Shown in pieces: positions 38,719 through 49,585 of a stretch of 64,000 nucleotides of DNA (positions are counted from its first letter, which is position 1; each line of letters starts with the position of its first letter). The DNA lies in the sequence record OR644643.1; one strand, 5' to 3'. A program made the position numbers and the translations under genes. The notes below the pieces were generated by a model. It ran no database searches, was not told the DNA's origin, and saw nothing but the letters and a program-made list of their open reading frames with translations. This stretch comes from Klebsiella phage NU-KP11.

Positions 38719-40104
38719 TTATAATACGCGAATTACGTAGTTTAATGCGATGTTTTTCATGCGGGTTTCTTCTCCGCCCACACCAGTAGCTTTAGTTATG
38801 GAAGAATCAAACACGCGAGCACTCTGATCGTTTTTCTCGGCGCTTTTAAGTTCATAAACTGCTTGCCATTTCGGAATATTACCGCCGTTCTGGTAGATAA
38901 GCTGTAATGGGTGTTCGTGCCAGCCCAACATATCGCCTTCATATGTACCATACCCACGATTAGGGTTTAATCCGCGTCCACGGTCATGACCACGTACTGC
39001 AACGCCTCGACAATCTGGAAGGTTAAACCAATCACCGCCACCACCAAATGTATAACCTATACGCTCAAAAAGTAACGGATAGTTATTTTTATTCAGTGAG
39101 CGACCATCACAAATATACAAACTACCGTGGTCAGTCTGAAACCCAGTCATGACAATAGCACCTACTGGGAAATGCCAATCAAGATCTGTCCACGTCTGAT
39201 ATTTGTTGTTATATATTGCGCTATTCTCATAAAGAGAACCGTTAATTACCGCATTTCGATCACTAGGTAATACCGCAGCGTTTGAAGAAAGTGCAGTGTT
39301 TGCCACATAACCAACAGTTGTTGCTAATTTGACAACACCGAACTGAGATCCAGTTGCACGGGTATTGATTAATTTTTTCGCAGTAATCGCTTTGGTGTCA
39401 TCAGTACCCGCGTTTGCTTCTGCCTGTGATGCGATACGAATAACGCCCAGGTTGCTTTCAGTTGCAGTTAAACGAATAAACGTATAAGGTGAAATTGCAT
39501 ACCCTTCACGGATCGTACCAGCCTGAACCTGTGCAACTGTTGCCAGTTGTACCAAACCTTGCGAGCTTTCGGTCGCACTTGACTGAACAGGAACCAGAGA
39601 CGCGATCGCTTGCTTGACTTTAAGCGGAGTCATAGTTACAGTGTTATCTGTACCAGCAACCGCCTGTGCAGTGGTAGCAATTTTAGAAGAACCCCAAACC
39701 GATTCTGTACCTTTACGGTTATTGAACACATAGTTCAGAGATCGCGGAGTAATAGACGATGCATCGTTAGTTACGGTTGTAGATTCCGCATCAGTCGAAT
39801 ACTTCGTATAACCCCATACGGTTTGTGATGCTTTAGGGTTCTGCATACGATATGCTAACAGTTTCGGAGTAACAATCTTAGTGTTATCCGTGCCAGCGTC
39901 AATATCAGCTTCGGTTGCGATCTGAGCAATACCACGAACAGAAGTTGTTGCGATAGGAAGCCCAGTATCAGTACGCGCCCAACTACCTATTTTTTCCAAC
40001 GCATCTTGTACGTTGGTTATGGTATCAGGCCAATCAGTACCTGTTGGGTCAAATGTCACGTAAATGGATTTATCACTTACGTGGTTGATTGTATTGTTAC
40101 TCAT
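38719..40104 (-). CDS. 12: Short tail fibre protein gp12
   Basis: MSNNTINHVSDKSIYV.FDPT... versus T4 gp12 MSNNTYQHVSNESRYVKFDPT. The repeated ATE..KG.I.LAT motifs are present. Confidence 0.9.
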   Translation of the reverse strand: MSNNTINHVSDKSIYVTFDPTGTDWPDTITNVQDALEKIGSWARTDTGLPIATTSVRGIAQIATEADIDAGTDNTKIVTPKLLAYRMQNPKASQTVWGYTKYSTDAESTTVTNDASSITPRSLNYVFNNRKGTESVWGSSKIATTAQAVAGTDNTVTMTPLKVKQAIASLVPVQSSATESSQGLVQLATVAQVQAGTIREGYAISPYTFIRLTATESNLGVIRIASQAEANAGTDDTKAITAKKLINTRATGSQFGVVKLATTVGYVANTALSSNAAVLPSDRNAVINGSLYENSAIYNNKYQTWTDLDWHFPVGAIVMTGFQTDHGSLYICDGRSLNKNNYPLLFERIGYTFGGGGDWFNLPDCRGVAVRGHDRGRGLNPNRGYGTYEGDMLGWHEHPLQLIYQNGGNIPKWQAVYELKSAEKNDQSARVFDSSITKATGVGGEETRMKNIALNYVIRVL

Positions 40105-40113
40105 GTGTTATCC

Positions 40114-40782
40114 TTATGCAATTCGTTTGAAGTAATACACGGTTACTTGCGGAGTAACATCAGGTAAGAAACCAGAACCCAACTTAACCCATGAACCATA
40201 GCCACTTTTTGCGGCTACGTCGATAGTTCCGATTTGACGAATACCATTTTCTGAGATATTTGTTGCCGGGTGCGGAACACTATCAATAAATCGACATTCA
40301 AGGATCGTACCATCAACACCTTTGCGGTTAACTTCTGCGAAATATTTTTCCGCTGCAACGAATTCAGTAAATTTGTTGTATGCCGTTTCACAAACTGTTG
40401 CGGCGTTAGTCCCATTATCAAAGATGAAAGGAAAGCCGTACACGTGAACTACAGCCTGTTCTTGGTCTGAATCGATGTTCTGTACAATACCATCAAAAGA
40501 AACGCTCTCAACCTGCTGTACAGCGATTGGAGGGGCATCCTCAGTCATGGTAACAACGCCGTTAATCGGGATTTGCTCGATAAGCGTATACAGGTCATCA
40601 ATTGCGGATTGTACGTTTCCATACAGAACACCGCGTTTTGTTTGGTCAATGTTTGGTTCGCCGATCGAACGTTTACCGCCGATCAGAGGCAACTTACCAT
40701 AAGTATCATACTGTAAGTAATCTGCTTCTTTAGAGAGGACGCGAGCGCCCTCCCTTGTTTTTGAAATATTGTTGTAAGCCAT
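40114..40782 (-). CDS. 11: Baseplate wedge protein gp11
   Basis: 222 aa versus T4 gp11 at 219 aa, in a conserved position next to gp12 and gp10. Its start overlaps the gp10 stop (TAATG). Confidence 0.8.
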   Translation of the reverse strand: MAYNNISKTREGARVLSKEADYLQYDTYGKLPLIGGKRSIGEPNIDQTKRGVLYGNVQSAIDDLYTLIEQIPINGVVTMTEDAPPIAVQQVESVSFDGIVQNIDSDQEQAVVHVYGFPFIFDNGTNAATVCETAYNKFTEFVAAEKYFAEVNRKGVDGTILECRFIDSVPHPATNISENGIRQIGTIDVAAKSGYGSWVKLGSGFLPDVTPQVTVYYFKRIA

Positions 40783-42599
40783 TATGCAACCCTTATCCAG
40801 CGATGTGCAGTCATATACGGTGGAATAGTTTTGATTTTATCAGGTAATGTGTTACCCTGATTCACTTTCAATGTATCCTCACGGTATTTAGTGTATCCAG
40901 GGCCAGAAGCATCAGGATCTAACTGACAACCACCAATGATCACAGCACCATTTTCATCAGCAATCAGAACTTTATCTTTTGATACAAGTTCAGGAACGTT
41001 GATGATTTTAATTTCTGTACCACGATCGCCACCAGTACCACCTGCCGTATGACTCGGTTGACCACCACTATCTAAATCATTATTGTTTAATGCGAAATCA
41101 GGATCCGCTGCATTTGATGTCCAGCCAGCCAGGAAATAACCTTCTGCGTAACGTTTCCAACCACCAAATCCCATATAATCAGCAGGGTTTGCTGGGTTGT
41201 GTGCGTTTTCATAGATGGTTCCGATCGGGTGGATAATATCAAACATAGCCTGAATATCCAGAATACGTCCCTGATATGTTTCCCCCGTATTACGCATTGT
41301 TTTCTGAGAAGGGTTATTATAATCGGTATATTCGATACGGTTCGTCAATATAACTTCTTCTTCGTTATTGAGATAAACCTTATCAGCTTTTTCTTTAATA
41401 CCGCCAGTTCCTTCCCAATCCATCAGAGTACCAATATCATTGTTAAACCAACGGATCGTTACAACGTCGCCGGATTCCAGTTCCTGAGCAAACTTGATTG
41501 AAGTCACTACAGAATCAGTGAATACTAAACTATAATCCTGTCCTGACGGAACCCATACACCAGAGTTACCAACACACGTACTTTCATCAACACCTTCCGC
41601 ACCTTCACAGGAAAACGCCGGATAGTCAGCGTCACCGCCTTTAACCAGTTGTTTACCGTTGAGAAGAAGTTCAAACGAGTTAGGGTTAATCAACACGCGA
41701 GGGTTAACACCAAATTCAGCAGGTGTAAACTCTTTTTTGGTTGTCAGATCACCTACCCACTGTTCACCAGGAACGGTTTCCAGAGAAGTATCGCCAGTCT
41801 GATACATGCGCATCACATACGCTTCATAGCTCGATCGCCATGTTGCTAACCCATCCAGATAGGTAACAAATTGAAGCGTGTCACCAGCGTTACACGGGTT
41901 TTTAAGACGTACTGAATTACCATCAAGTGCAACCAGTTCACCAGGAGCAGAACCAATCGATCCATAGTCTGAGTTATCAGCATTGAATCCGTCTTTCTCA
42001 TCGATGAACAGCAAGTTACCGCGATAGTAAACTTCGAACGATTGCAGGTTGTATTCATTACCAACACCGAATACGTTAGGGAAGTCAGTTTGTCCCTGAG
42101 TAGCAATATACGTTTCTTTTGCTACTGTTGCCAGATCCGAAGTTGTGATTTTGTCAATCTGTTTGTTTTCGACGTATTCCCAACGGCCCGGAGAACAATA
42201 CACCAGTTCCACATCCATAAAATCTTTAAACAGATCTTTAGGAGTGGGGGAACCTTTGATAGTATCACCAGTTGCTGGGATCAGTCTAACGTTGTTGGTA
42301 GCCCAACGCGACCACACATCACGCAGACGAATAACTTTGTTATAATCGCCTACGCCGCCTTTCGGGAGGTTTACAGTGATTTTGTTTGCACTGGTATTCA
42401 ACGCCCATGATTCACCAAATTTTGGTGATAGCGTCGTACCCGCAAAAGTTTTCCAGGCACCTGCTGGATGGGGGATCTCACCATCCCCCAGCATGTTATA
42501 CAATTCTGTAAAGTTGCTGTTAGTCTTTTGACCACCTCGACGCAGGTAATCGCCTGTACCATCGTCTACAACCTGACCTATTAAAATTTCTTGTTTCAT
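40782..42599 (-). CDS. 10: Baseplate wedge protein gp10
   Basis: 605 aa versus T4 gp10 at 602 aa, in conserved synteny. Confidence 0.85.
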   Translation of the reverse strand: MKQEILIGQVVDDGTGDYLRRGGQKTNSNFTELYNMLGDGEIPHPAGAWKTFAGTTLSPKFGESWALNTSANKITVNLPKGGVGDYNKVIRLRDVWSRWATNNVRLIPATGDTIKGSPTPKDLFKDFMDVELVYCSPGRWEYVENKQIDKITTSDLATVAKETYIATQGQTDFPNVFGVGNEYNLQSFEVYYRGNLLFIDEKDGFNADNSDYGSIGSAPGELVALDGNSVRLKNPCNAGDTLQFVTYLDGLATWRSSYEAYVMRMYQTGDTSLETVPGEQWVGDLTTKKEFTPAEFGVNPRVLINPNSFELLLNGKQLVKGGDADYPAFSCEGAEGVDESTCVGNSGVWVPSGQDYSLVFTDSVVTSIKFAQELESGDVVTIRWFNNDIGTLMDWEGTGGIKEKADKVYLNNEEEVILTNRIEYTDYNNPSQKTMRNTGETYQGRILDIQAMFDIIHPIGTIYENAHNPANPADYMGFGGWKRYAEGYFLAGWTSNAADPDFALNNNDLDSGGQPSHTAGGTGGDRGTEIKIINVPELVSKDKVLIADENGAVIIGGCQLDPDASGPGYTKYREDTLKVNQGNTLPDKIKTIPPYMTAHRWIRVA

Positions 42600-43459
42600 G
42601 ACGCGATCCCTGATTTAATCGTATCGATTGCTTTAATCGTGAATTTAATTCGATCTTCTTTGATCGCTTGCACGTTAGCGTATACGACATCACCAGCACC
42701 GACAGTAAAGTTTAATGTAAACATTTCATCTTCACTGTTTTTCAAAATAGCGTATTCCGTTGAATAAATCGCTTTGTTTACACGATCTACGGTCATTAAA
42801 ACTTCCGCCATTTTGGTAACTGTACCAGCTACGTTTTCTGCGTATACGAGCACCTTAGCCCCGCTAAATTCGCTATATCCGAACATAGGAATAGCAGTCG
42901 GGTTTGCTTTCAGTACAAGCGCCGTAGTGTCAACAGGCATCGTTTTAGAACCGAACATAGATTCTACAGAATAATCCCATGTTGTTACCGCACCTTCTTT
43001 TTTGGTACACCAGATTTTCACAAAGGTGTAAGGTGACGTGATATACAACTGGTCTGCAACCCCCGCGATAGTATCGCCAACTTGAGGACGAAACGCGATA
43101 GGACGATCAACAGAGACACTACCCGTACTATTTATGAAGTAGCAACCTTCGCCAACCTTACCAGAAGGAAGAACAACGGTAATCGAACCTGTTGAAGTAT
43201 CCATGTCATGCAAGGAACCCAGTTCGATCGGTGTGCTTGAATAGTAAGTGCGTGGTAGTTTCTGATAGTATCCGGTAGCATGGATCACCATGTTACCGAC
43301 ACCTTCGTTTGCAGACAGCATACGCACATCACCAAACGCATTATAAACGTTGGTGATCATTTCGTTCAGTTTAACACCACCATCATAAAGCGGGTCGCCT
43401 GTTGATGGGTTGCCGATTTCACCGACATCAATTAGTTTTTTTGCTGTTTGGTAAGCCAT
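42596..43459 (-). CDS. 9: Baseplate wedge / long-tail-fibre socket protein gp9
   Basis: 287 aa versus T4 gp9 at 288 aa, in conserved synteny. Confidence 0.8.
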   Translation of the reverse strand: MAYQTAKKLIDVGEIGNPSTGDPLYDGGVKLNEMITNVYNAFGDVRMLSANEGVGNMVIHATGYYQKLPRTYYSSTPIELGSLHDMDTSTGSITVVLPSGKVGEGCYFINSTGSVSVDRPIAFRPQVGDTIAGVADQLYITSPYTFVKIWCTKKEGAVTTWDYSVESMFGSKTMPVDTTALVLKANPTAIPMFGYSEFSGAKVLVYAENVAGTVTKMAEVLMTVDRVNKAIYSTEYAILKNSEDEMFTLNFTVGAGDVVYANVQAIKEDRIKFTIKAIDTIKSGIAS

Positions 43460-43468
43460 TGTTTTTCC

Positions 43469-44461
43469 TTAGAATTCGAATACAATACTCACTTCCTCAG
43501 TCTGATCAAGGGAGCGAATAATAGGTTGTCTGTTTTCCATGTAAATCATACGTCCGGAATCAGGTTCAAGCGCGTTAGCATTATAGTAATCACCAGTTGC
43601 TTTCTTTTCAGGTTCGGTCGGGCTTGCCTTTTTAATCAACGGGTTTACAATAATACTTATCTGACGGAACCCTTTGTTACCAGGAAGCGTAGATTGCGGG
43701 AAGAAAAGAGAATCCATGTATGCACGAAAACGCATTGAATTCACCTTCAACCGATACACTAGATCGTATTGCCCTGGATACCATTGAATCACGTTATCAT
43801 AACCCCAACGTACCGGATCCTCTTCCAGTTCGCCAGGGAAAGGAACTACGATATGTTCGTTTGTACAGCGGTTGATCACGACATCTGGCGGGATTGTGTA
43901 GAGGTATTCCCATTTATAACCGTCGCCCATATCGATCCCGTTAGCTTCTCCGCGTGGAGGTTCACTAGATTCATGAGACGGACTCCAGATACCGCCGATC
44001 CTGATACATTCAAGTTTTCCGGTAATGCTCGAAATGGAGCAAGAACCGATATCAGGAACATCAACTACACGATAAACCATCCAACCTTTACCCGGATCAG
44101 TACGGTTATATGGTGCGGTGTTTACAACGACAATATCGTTAAAGTAAAAGATTTTCGGGTTTGGATAACGAGTATCACCCCAGTCTTTACGTGGTAAAAT
44201 TGCATCTATCATATCACCAGGAACTTTAGTAGCCCCGATCATATGCGTCCACATATCACTAACACCATCGGTGCTATCATTTGGATATGGCGGGGCGAAG
44301 TTAGGGTCGGATTCGTTATCCGCCCATGATTCAGTTCGCCCAATAGACATATAAATCGTGTTTAGATCGGCGGCATCGCCGATCATATCTTTGAAGTTCA
44401 TCAAGTTTTCGGTTCGGAATTTTGCAGTAATTACCGACCGATACAAGTTTTGTTGTGCCAT
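43469..44461 (-). CDS. 8: Baseplate wedge protein gp8
   Basis: 330 aa versus T4 gp8 at 334 aa, in conserved synteny. Confidence 0.8.
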   Translation of the reverse strand: MAQQNLYRSVITAKFRTENLMNFKDMIGDAADLNTIYMSIGRTESWADNESDPNFAPPYPNDSTDGVSDMWTHMIGATKVPGDMIDAILPRKDWGDTRYPNPKIFYFNDIVVVNTAPYNRTDPGKGWMVYRVVDVPDIGSCSISSITGKLECIRIGGIWSPSHESSEPPRGEANGIDMGDGYKWEYLYTIPPDVVINRCTNEHIVVPFPGELEEDPVRWGYDNVIQWYPGQYDLVYRLKVNSMRFRAYMDSLFFPQSTLPGNKGFRQISIIVNPLIKKASPTEPEKKATGDYYNANALEPDSGRMIYMENRQPIIRSLDQTEEVSIVFEF

Positions 44462-47400
44462 TTAATTTCCTACCTTAATCTGTGATGGAGGATTTGGATC
44501 ACGTGGGTTTCCTGCATCATCTTTCAGTCGTTTATCCACCAAATTACGGAACTGTGAATATTTAACGCCTGAGCAATCGAACAACGGACTTTGATCGAAC
44601 CGTCGCGCAGAAGGAAGAACACCGTTAAGTGGTTTTTCTTCAATGTCATATTCCGGAGGTACATCAAAAGGTTCCCCCGCTCGCGGGTGTGCGGTGTACA
44701 GAGGTTCACCAGTAACCAGGTCGAATTGTTGGTTTCCGTTACCGTCCATACTCGCAATGCGATCAGGCCAGAACTTAGGATAACCACTATCGAAACGGTA
44801 GTTTCTCAGAATATCAATGATTGTCTCGTTATGAGTCATTGACAAACCAGAGTTGATGAATACTGTTAACATCGTGATACCCATAAAGCCGAATCCTACC
44901 GGATGAACAAACCTCAATACGTCATCCTTATAACGGGAAGTCGGTAGATTTGAACGAATTTTCATCACATAGTAAGATCGTCCACGGTTGATATAGTCGA
45001 TCGAGTTGTTAGCCATTTGTTTACCGCGAACACCACGAATTACCATTCCGGTGAAATTGGTTTTTTCTGACTTGACAACCTGCCCTTCGATAAAGTTACC
45101 TTGAGCATTATGCAGAGTCATTGACCAACGCAATTGACCATTTTCATAGTCACGTTCGATGTATGTAACGTTAGCGCGTCCAGTTGGTGTATAGATCGTC
45201 CGGCCTACGATATCCTGACTGATATTTGTTGAACTAACCAAAATATCATATTCGAGACTGTTGGAGCTTTCGATCTCAACGGAAACATCTTCGTTATACA
45301 GCAATTTAAACAGGAACGTATAACTTGCTTCGATCCCTTTTGTTGAATAGAAATCGCTTGCACGTGATTCAAAAAATCTAACCACTGCCTCACGTTTGGT
45401 TTTATCCAGGTAAATGTTACGGCGGTTAATTTCAGACCACAAATATTCAACGTTGTTTTTCTCTCTCGGATACTTGTTCCGGATGAGGTTCAGCAATTTG
45501 TTATAGTAACTGTTGCTTCCCAACGAAATATATTGCAGATAGTATTCACCAAATTTTTCAAACTGTTGGTTGTCCAGATAGCTTTGCGGAGCAAAACGAG
45601 TGATCATGTGACTCAGATCAGGGTCGATTAGTCCAGGTTCAATATCCGGCGTGTATGGGTTTTCACGTTCCTGATTAACCAGACTTGCCACCATTAAAGT
45701 GTTATCTGGTTTCCAGAAAATAGTGAGTTCATCCCTTGCGCGGTATGACAGTTCATAGAATCCAATTATCCTACCACCTGAGCGATACAACAGAACACCG
45801 TTTGTGTACTTCGTAAAACCAGTAAACTTGATATTATTCAAGTAGATAGTAACTGTTCCTTTGTCCCAAACTTCATGGTTTACACGAATCGTTGACGCAG
45901 GAGACGCGCTATCAGTAACCAGAGTATATAGGGTTTCCGGATAAACCACCAGAGGACGGTTATCATTGGTGATCCATGTGCTAACCTTATCGCGGAAATG
46001 CCAGCTAAAGTTTGCTTCATTGTAGTACTCTTGCGGCCCAAAGTTCCATACTGTAGGATCGTTCTGATTTGCACGAACTGTAGCAAAGTTAATCGAAATG
46101 CTTGCAGTATAACCAGGAACAAGATCGTATTTCACTGCTGAATGCACATCTTCCGGATACTTTTCAACCAGATCTGGATCTGGCAAAGTGTCTGGATATT
46201 TGTAGTTACCAACAGAAATGTAAACTTCATCGCCATTGGTTGACATATTGGTATATTCATGAGTGATATAAAAACGTTCATCTTCGGTTTTACCATAAAC
46301 ACGGGTAAACGTCTTTGCATTCTCATCCCACAGATAAACGCCAGCATCGTTTGATGGGATCACGTTAGCCTTGACAGTCGGATCCATCATCGCCGTTTTA
46401 ACTTCACCAGTTACCAGAACGTATAGACGGTCATTCAGCACGTCCATTTTTTTAACAACAATTTTATCATTTCCTGGTACGATGGTATATGAAACTTCAT
46501 CAAAAATACGTTCACCAAAGGTCGGCGAACCAGGATCAGTATCAATTGGTGTGTTACGTAACGCAATACGGCGCATAACGTTCTTAGCAGCCACGTAGAG
46601 CCAATCACTAGAACAAGCCATAGCTTCGGCATACTTCGACACTCCGCCCGGTAGACGCGCATACGTGTTGTATGAATCAACATCAAAATCTAACCCTGAC
46701 TGGTTCCCCAGCTTCGCAAACGTTACATCATCAGCAGAAAAACGAACTTCATCAGAAGACCAACGAATATCTGTTGACGTGCGCCCGTAAAATATGCGAT
46801 CGTATCCTAACACATACGTAGTGTTAGCGCTCTGATAAGCAACGGTACGGGAAACCGGATTGCCTACACGATCGTTTAATGCTTTGTAGTAATACCACGT
46901 TTGGCCTTTGTCATTTGACACTTTAGCCATATTCTGAAAACGTTCAAACAGGTAAAGCAATCCGTTTGAGTATACCAGGAACGTGCGATCTATATCATTA
47001 CAAACGTGTTCGATATGATCTTGAATTTCGTGGTAGCTTTCTTGTTTCAGGATCTTATCGCTGATCTGGCTTACATCAGAATACAGGGGAGAGTATACAA
47101 AATCCTCAACCATCAGAGAAGCCATAATAACATCATCGTTAAAATCGACGTAATCACGATTGTTTTTGGCGAATTTTTCATTGATAAACGAATCAGCAGG
47201 GGTGAATTCACGCATGGTTGTATATGCGTAGGCGTTCTCATCAAACGTCCATAATTCATCGCTGATCACCCAATCAGAAGGGTCAAACCCTTCATGAGTT
47301 GTTTGAATACGGAATTTATAACGTGTATTTGGGGCAACCTGATCGCTAAACCATTCGTTTTCGTAGCTATAGCCCAACTGACTCCAGATTAAGTCTTCAT

Positions 47401-47548
47401 CTGGAATAATAGTTCCGTCCATATCACGGCTACGGGCCAATTCAACCACATAATAGAAATCCATGCCAACATCATCCCATTTAAGGTAAACGAAGTTAGC
47501 AGCCAGCTTATCAACGCGCAAACTCGTAATCGAAGGCGCTTTAATCAT
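44462..47548 (-). CDS. 7: Baseplate wedge protein gp7
   Basis: 1028 aa versus T4 gp7 at 1032 aa. A late promoter TATAAATA lies at about 47583-47590. Confidence 0.85.
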   Translation of the reverse strand: MIKAPSITSLRVDKLAANFVYLKWDDVGMDFYYVVELARSRDMDGTIIPDEDLIWSQLGYSYENEWFSDQVAPNTRYKFRIQTTHEGFDPSDWVISDELWTFDENAYAYTTMREFTPADSFINEKFAKNNRDYVDFNDDVIMASLMVEDFVYSPLYSDVSQISDKILKQESYHEIQDHIEHVCNDIDRTFLVYSNGLLYLFERFQNMAKVSNDKGQTWYYYKALNDRVGNPVSRTVAYQSANTTYVLGYDRIFYGRTSTDIRWSSDEVRFSADDVTFAKLGNQSGLDFDVDSYNTYARLPGGVSKYAEAMACSSDWLYVAAKNVMRRIALRNTPIDTDPGSPTFGERIFDEVSYTIVPGNDKIVVKKMDVLNDRLYVLVTGEVKTAMMDPTVKANVIPSNDAGVYLWDENAKTFTRVYGKTEDERFYITHEYTNMSTNGDEVYISVGNYKYPDTLPDPDLVEKYPEDVHSAVKYDLVPGYTASISINFATVRANQNDPTVWNFGPQEYYNEANFSWHFRDKVSTWITNDNRPLVVYPETLYTLVTDSASPASTIRVNHEVWDKGTVTIYLNNIKFTGFTKYTNGVLLYRSGGRIIGFYELSYRARDELTIFWKPDNTLMVASLVNQERENPYTPDIEPGLIDPDLSHMITRFAPQSYLDNQQFEKFGEYYLQYISLGSNSYYNKLLNLIRNKYPREKNNVEYLWSEINRRNIYLDKTKREAVVRFFESRASDFYSTKGIEASYTFLFKLLYNEDVSVEIESSNSLEYDILVSSTNISQDIVGRTIYTPTGRANVTYIERDYENGQLRWSMTLHNAQGNFIEGQVVKSEKTNFTGMVIRGVRGKQMANNSIDYINRGRSYYVMKIRSNLPTSRYKDDVLRFVHPVGFGFMGITMLTVFINSGLSMTHNETIIDILRNYRFDSGYPKFWPDRIASMDGNGNQQFDLVTGEPLYTAHPRAGEPFDVPPEYDIEEKPLNGVLPSARRFDQSPLFDCSGVKYSQFRNLVDKRLKDDAGNPRDPNPPSQIKVGN

Positions 47549-47582
47549 TATATTTCTCCAAATTTGCGGTTATGTATATCAC

Positions 47583-47590
47583 GTATTTAT
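47583..47590 (-). promoter_or_regulatory. Late promoter TATAAATA (gp7), immediately downstream of the gp6 terminator
   Basis: On the minus strand, a terminator hairpin is followed by TTTTTCTTTTTATAAATACG. The gp7 ATG lies about 35 nt downstream. Confidence 0.6.
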
Positions 47591-47600
47591 AAAAAGAAAA

Positions 47601-47625
47601 ACCCCTATCCGAAGACAGGGGTTAA
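47601..47625 (-). terminator. gp6 terminator hairpin
   Basis: The minus strand reads CCCCTGTCTTCGGATAGGGG followed by TTTTTCTTTTT. Confidence 0.6.
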
Positions 47626-47628
47626 CGA

Positions 47629-49554
47629 TTATTGACTGATAGGATTCATAGTCAATGTGGTATATTGAGGACGCAGGTCATTTTCAAACACGATCAACGA
47701 ACCATCGCGAGTAAAAATGGTTTCTTCGAGAGGTTTTGCGGTTAGCTCGATATAAGCAGCACTGAAACTATCGGCAGATACGTTCAGAACGCCCAGGTCA
47801 AAGCTAATGAAATCGGTGTAATGAGAAACCGATCCAACTTCGTAATATTTATTACGGGTTCCTGCATCTGTTAATTTTTCAAAGTCATCGCCTGTATAAG
47901 CAGCGATCGAAATGTCCCCATCCTTGAACGGGCCTATTACAATTTTTGCGTTACCATCCTGATCCATTTCCGTAGAAGCATAACGAACATCATAACTTTC
48001 GTCGTCTTCATTAGTGAATTTGAACGTACTGGAAATGATTGATTTCGATTCCACCTGGTTCAAGAAATGGATCCCAGACATAGGAGCACTGTAATAGTTG
48101 TCAATTTCACGGAGCAATTTAATATCTGCTTCCGAACCGATAATAGAAGTATCAGACTGATCGACATAAGTCAACATCTTAGATACACTGAACGATTTGT
48201 TGAAAATTTCAACGTTGTCAGTATAGTAAGAGTCGATCGACGAAATAACCTGACCGCGTAACCATTCCTCTGATTCCGTCAACTTACTGATATCATACGT
48301 TACTTTGACAGATTGCACGATATACAGATAGTTAGGATCCATAATCGACGGGGTGATCGTCGCGAGGTTATATTTCGAAAGATACGTTTGCATATCTTCT
48401 TTCTGTACCGATGTTAGGCGCAAACCTGACTTTGGTTTAACAGAAATGAAAGCATAACCAGGTTTTTCGTTATCAGTAAAGCACTGTACCGCCTGGATGA
48501 TAGAACCAAATCTGTGAGACAGGAATGATTCATAATCCGATGCAGTTACACAACGGCGTTGTGTTTCACGCATAACAGGGGCCAGTTCTCGAATACGCTC
48601 GATATCTTCCGGATCGCCACCACCATCAGCACCAACATAATCAGGGGATTTAGTCGGGTTTTCTTCGATGTTAGTGATGCTAATATTGGTTAATGTATCG
48701 ACATAGATAAAATCTTTTGCACCGTTAGCCGCTTCCCCATCGGTTGACAGGTACTCAATAACGATAGTCGAACCATTAGCAGGTTTCAAGCCCCCGATAT
48801 ATTCAGCGGTTAGTGCGCCACCAGCCACTTGTTGACTTGCTTCACCTTCACCGAAATAAACTTCGGTATGTCCATCAACAGTTTCACGCATGTAGTAAAT
48901 CGTGCTTGCGCCTGTTGCGTTTACAATGCTTTCGTTTGTCCAGTCTTCCCATTGTGCGCCGTTTACAGTTAAACGTACCTGACTACGGTCAATGTTTGGA
49001 TCTCGGATCAGGATACTCGAACCGTCATAAATTAGTTCAGTACGAACTAAACGGCCTTGCACCAGGTTCAGCATTGATGTATAGTTGTTATTACTATCAC
49101 GAACGATAACAACGTCATCTGATACAACAAAAGAATAACTGTCTGTATTCTTTACAGTACCGATGAATTTTGTACCGCGCGGGATACGGATCGATGTTGG
49201 GGTCAGTGGGTTAGCAGCCGTAATCATAACTGCTGTGCTTGCAGCCGTGCGCGAATCTGGCATATATCCCAGTTCTTGAGCAGACTGTACAACAGAACTA
49301 CGCAACGCAGCCGTGCGAATAAACGATTCAAATAGAGCCGTGTTACCCATCTGCTGAATATAAAGAGTAGCATACGACAGAAGGTCGATCAGTACGTTCA
49401 TTCGTGAGCCGGAAAAATCGTAATCCTTAAACTCTTCTTGTCCACCCAGCCAATCAATCAGATCCGATTTAATTTCTTCGAAAGTACCCCCGATAAAGAT
49501 ATCGGGGATTTGGTTAATCTGTTTTTTGACAGTCTTAGTCTTAGCAGTAGCCAT
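47629..49554 (-). CDS. 6: Baseplate wedge protein gp6
   Basis: 641 aa versus T4 gp6 at 660 aa. It is followed by a terminator hairpin and then the gp7 late promoter. Confidence 0.85.
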   Translation of the reverse strand: MATAKTKTVKKQINQIPDIFIGGTFEEIKSDLIDWLGGQEEFKDYDFSGSRMNVLIDLLSYATLYIQQMGNTALFESFIRTAALRSSVVQSAQELGYMPDSRTAASTAVMITAANPLTPTSIRIPRGTKFIGTVKNTDSYSFVVSDDVVIVRDSNNNYTSMLNLVQGRLVRTELIYDGSSILIRDPNIDRSQVRLTVNGAQWEDWTNESIVNATGASTIYYMRETVDGHTEVYFGEGEASQQVAGGALTAEYIGGLKPANGSTIVIEYLSTDGEAANGAKDFIYVDTLTNISITNIEENPTKSPDYVGADGGGDPEDIERIRELAPVMRETQRRCVTASDYESFLSHRFGSIIQAVQCFTDNEKPGYAFISVKPKSGLRLTSVQKEDMQTYLSKYNLATITPSIMDPNYLYIVQSVKVTYDISKLTESEEWLRGQVISSIDSYYTDNVEIFNKSFSVSKMLTYVDQSDTSIIGSEADIKLLREIDNYYSAPMSGIHFLNQVESKSIISSTFKFTNEDDESYDVRYASTEMDQDGNAKIVIGPFKDGDISIAAYTGDDFEKLTDAGTRNKYYEVGSVSHYTDFISFDLGVLNVSADSFSAAYIELTAKPLEETIFTRDGSLIVFENDLRPQYTTLTMNPISQ

Positions 49555-49585
49555 TATTATAAATTCCTCTTGATCATTCGACTAT

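Noticed and set aside
44400-44466. Apparent 2-nt discrepancy between my manual numbering of the printed sequence and the ORF-track coordinates at the gp8/gp7 junction. A 1-nt discrepancy appears near 62410.
   Set aside because: Track coordinates are internally consistent (the lengths are multiples of three), so I used them for all CDS. My hand-derived coordinates for promoters and terminators should be taken as accurate to within about 3 nt.
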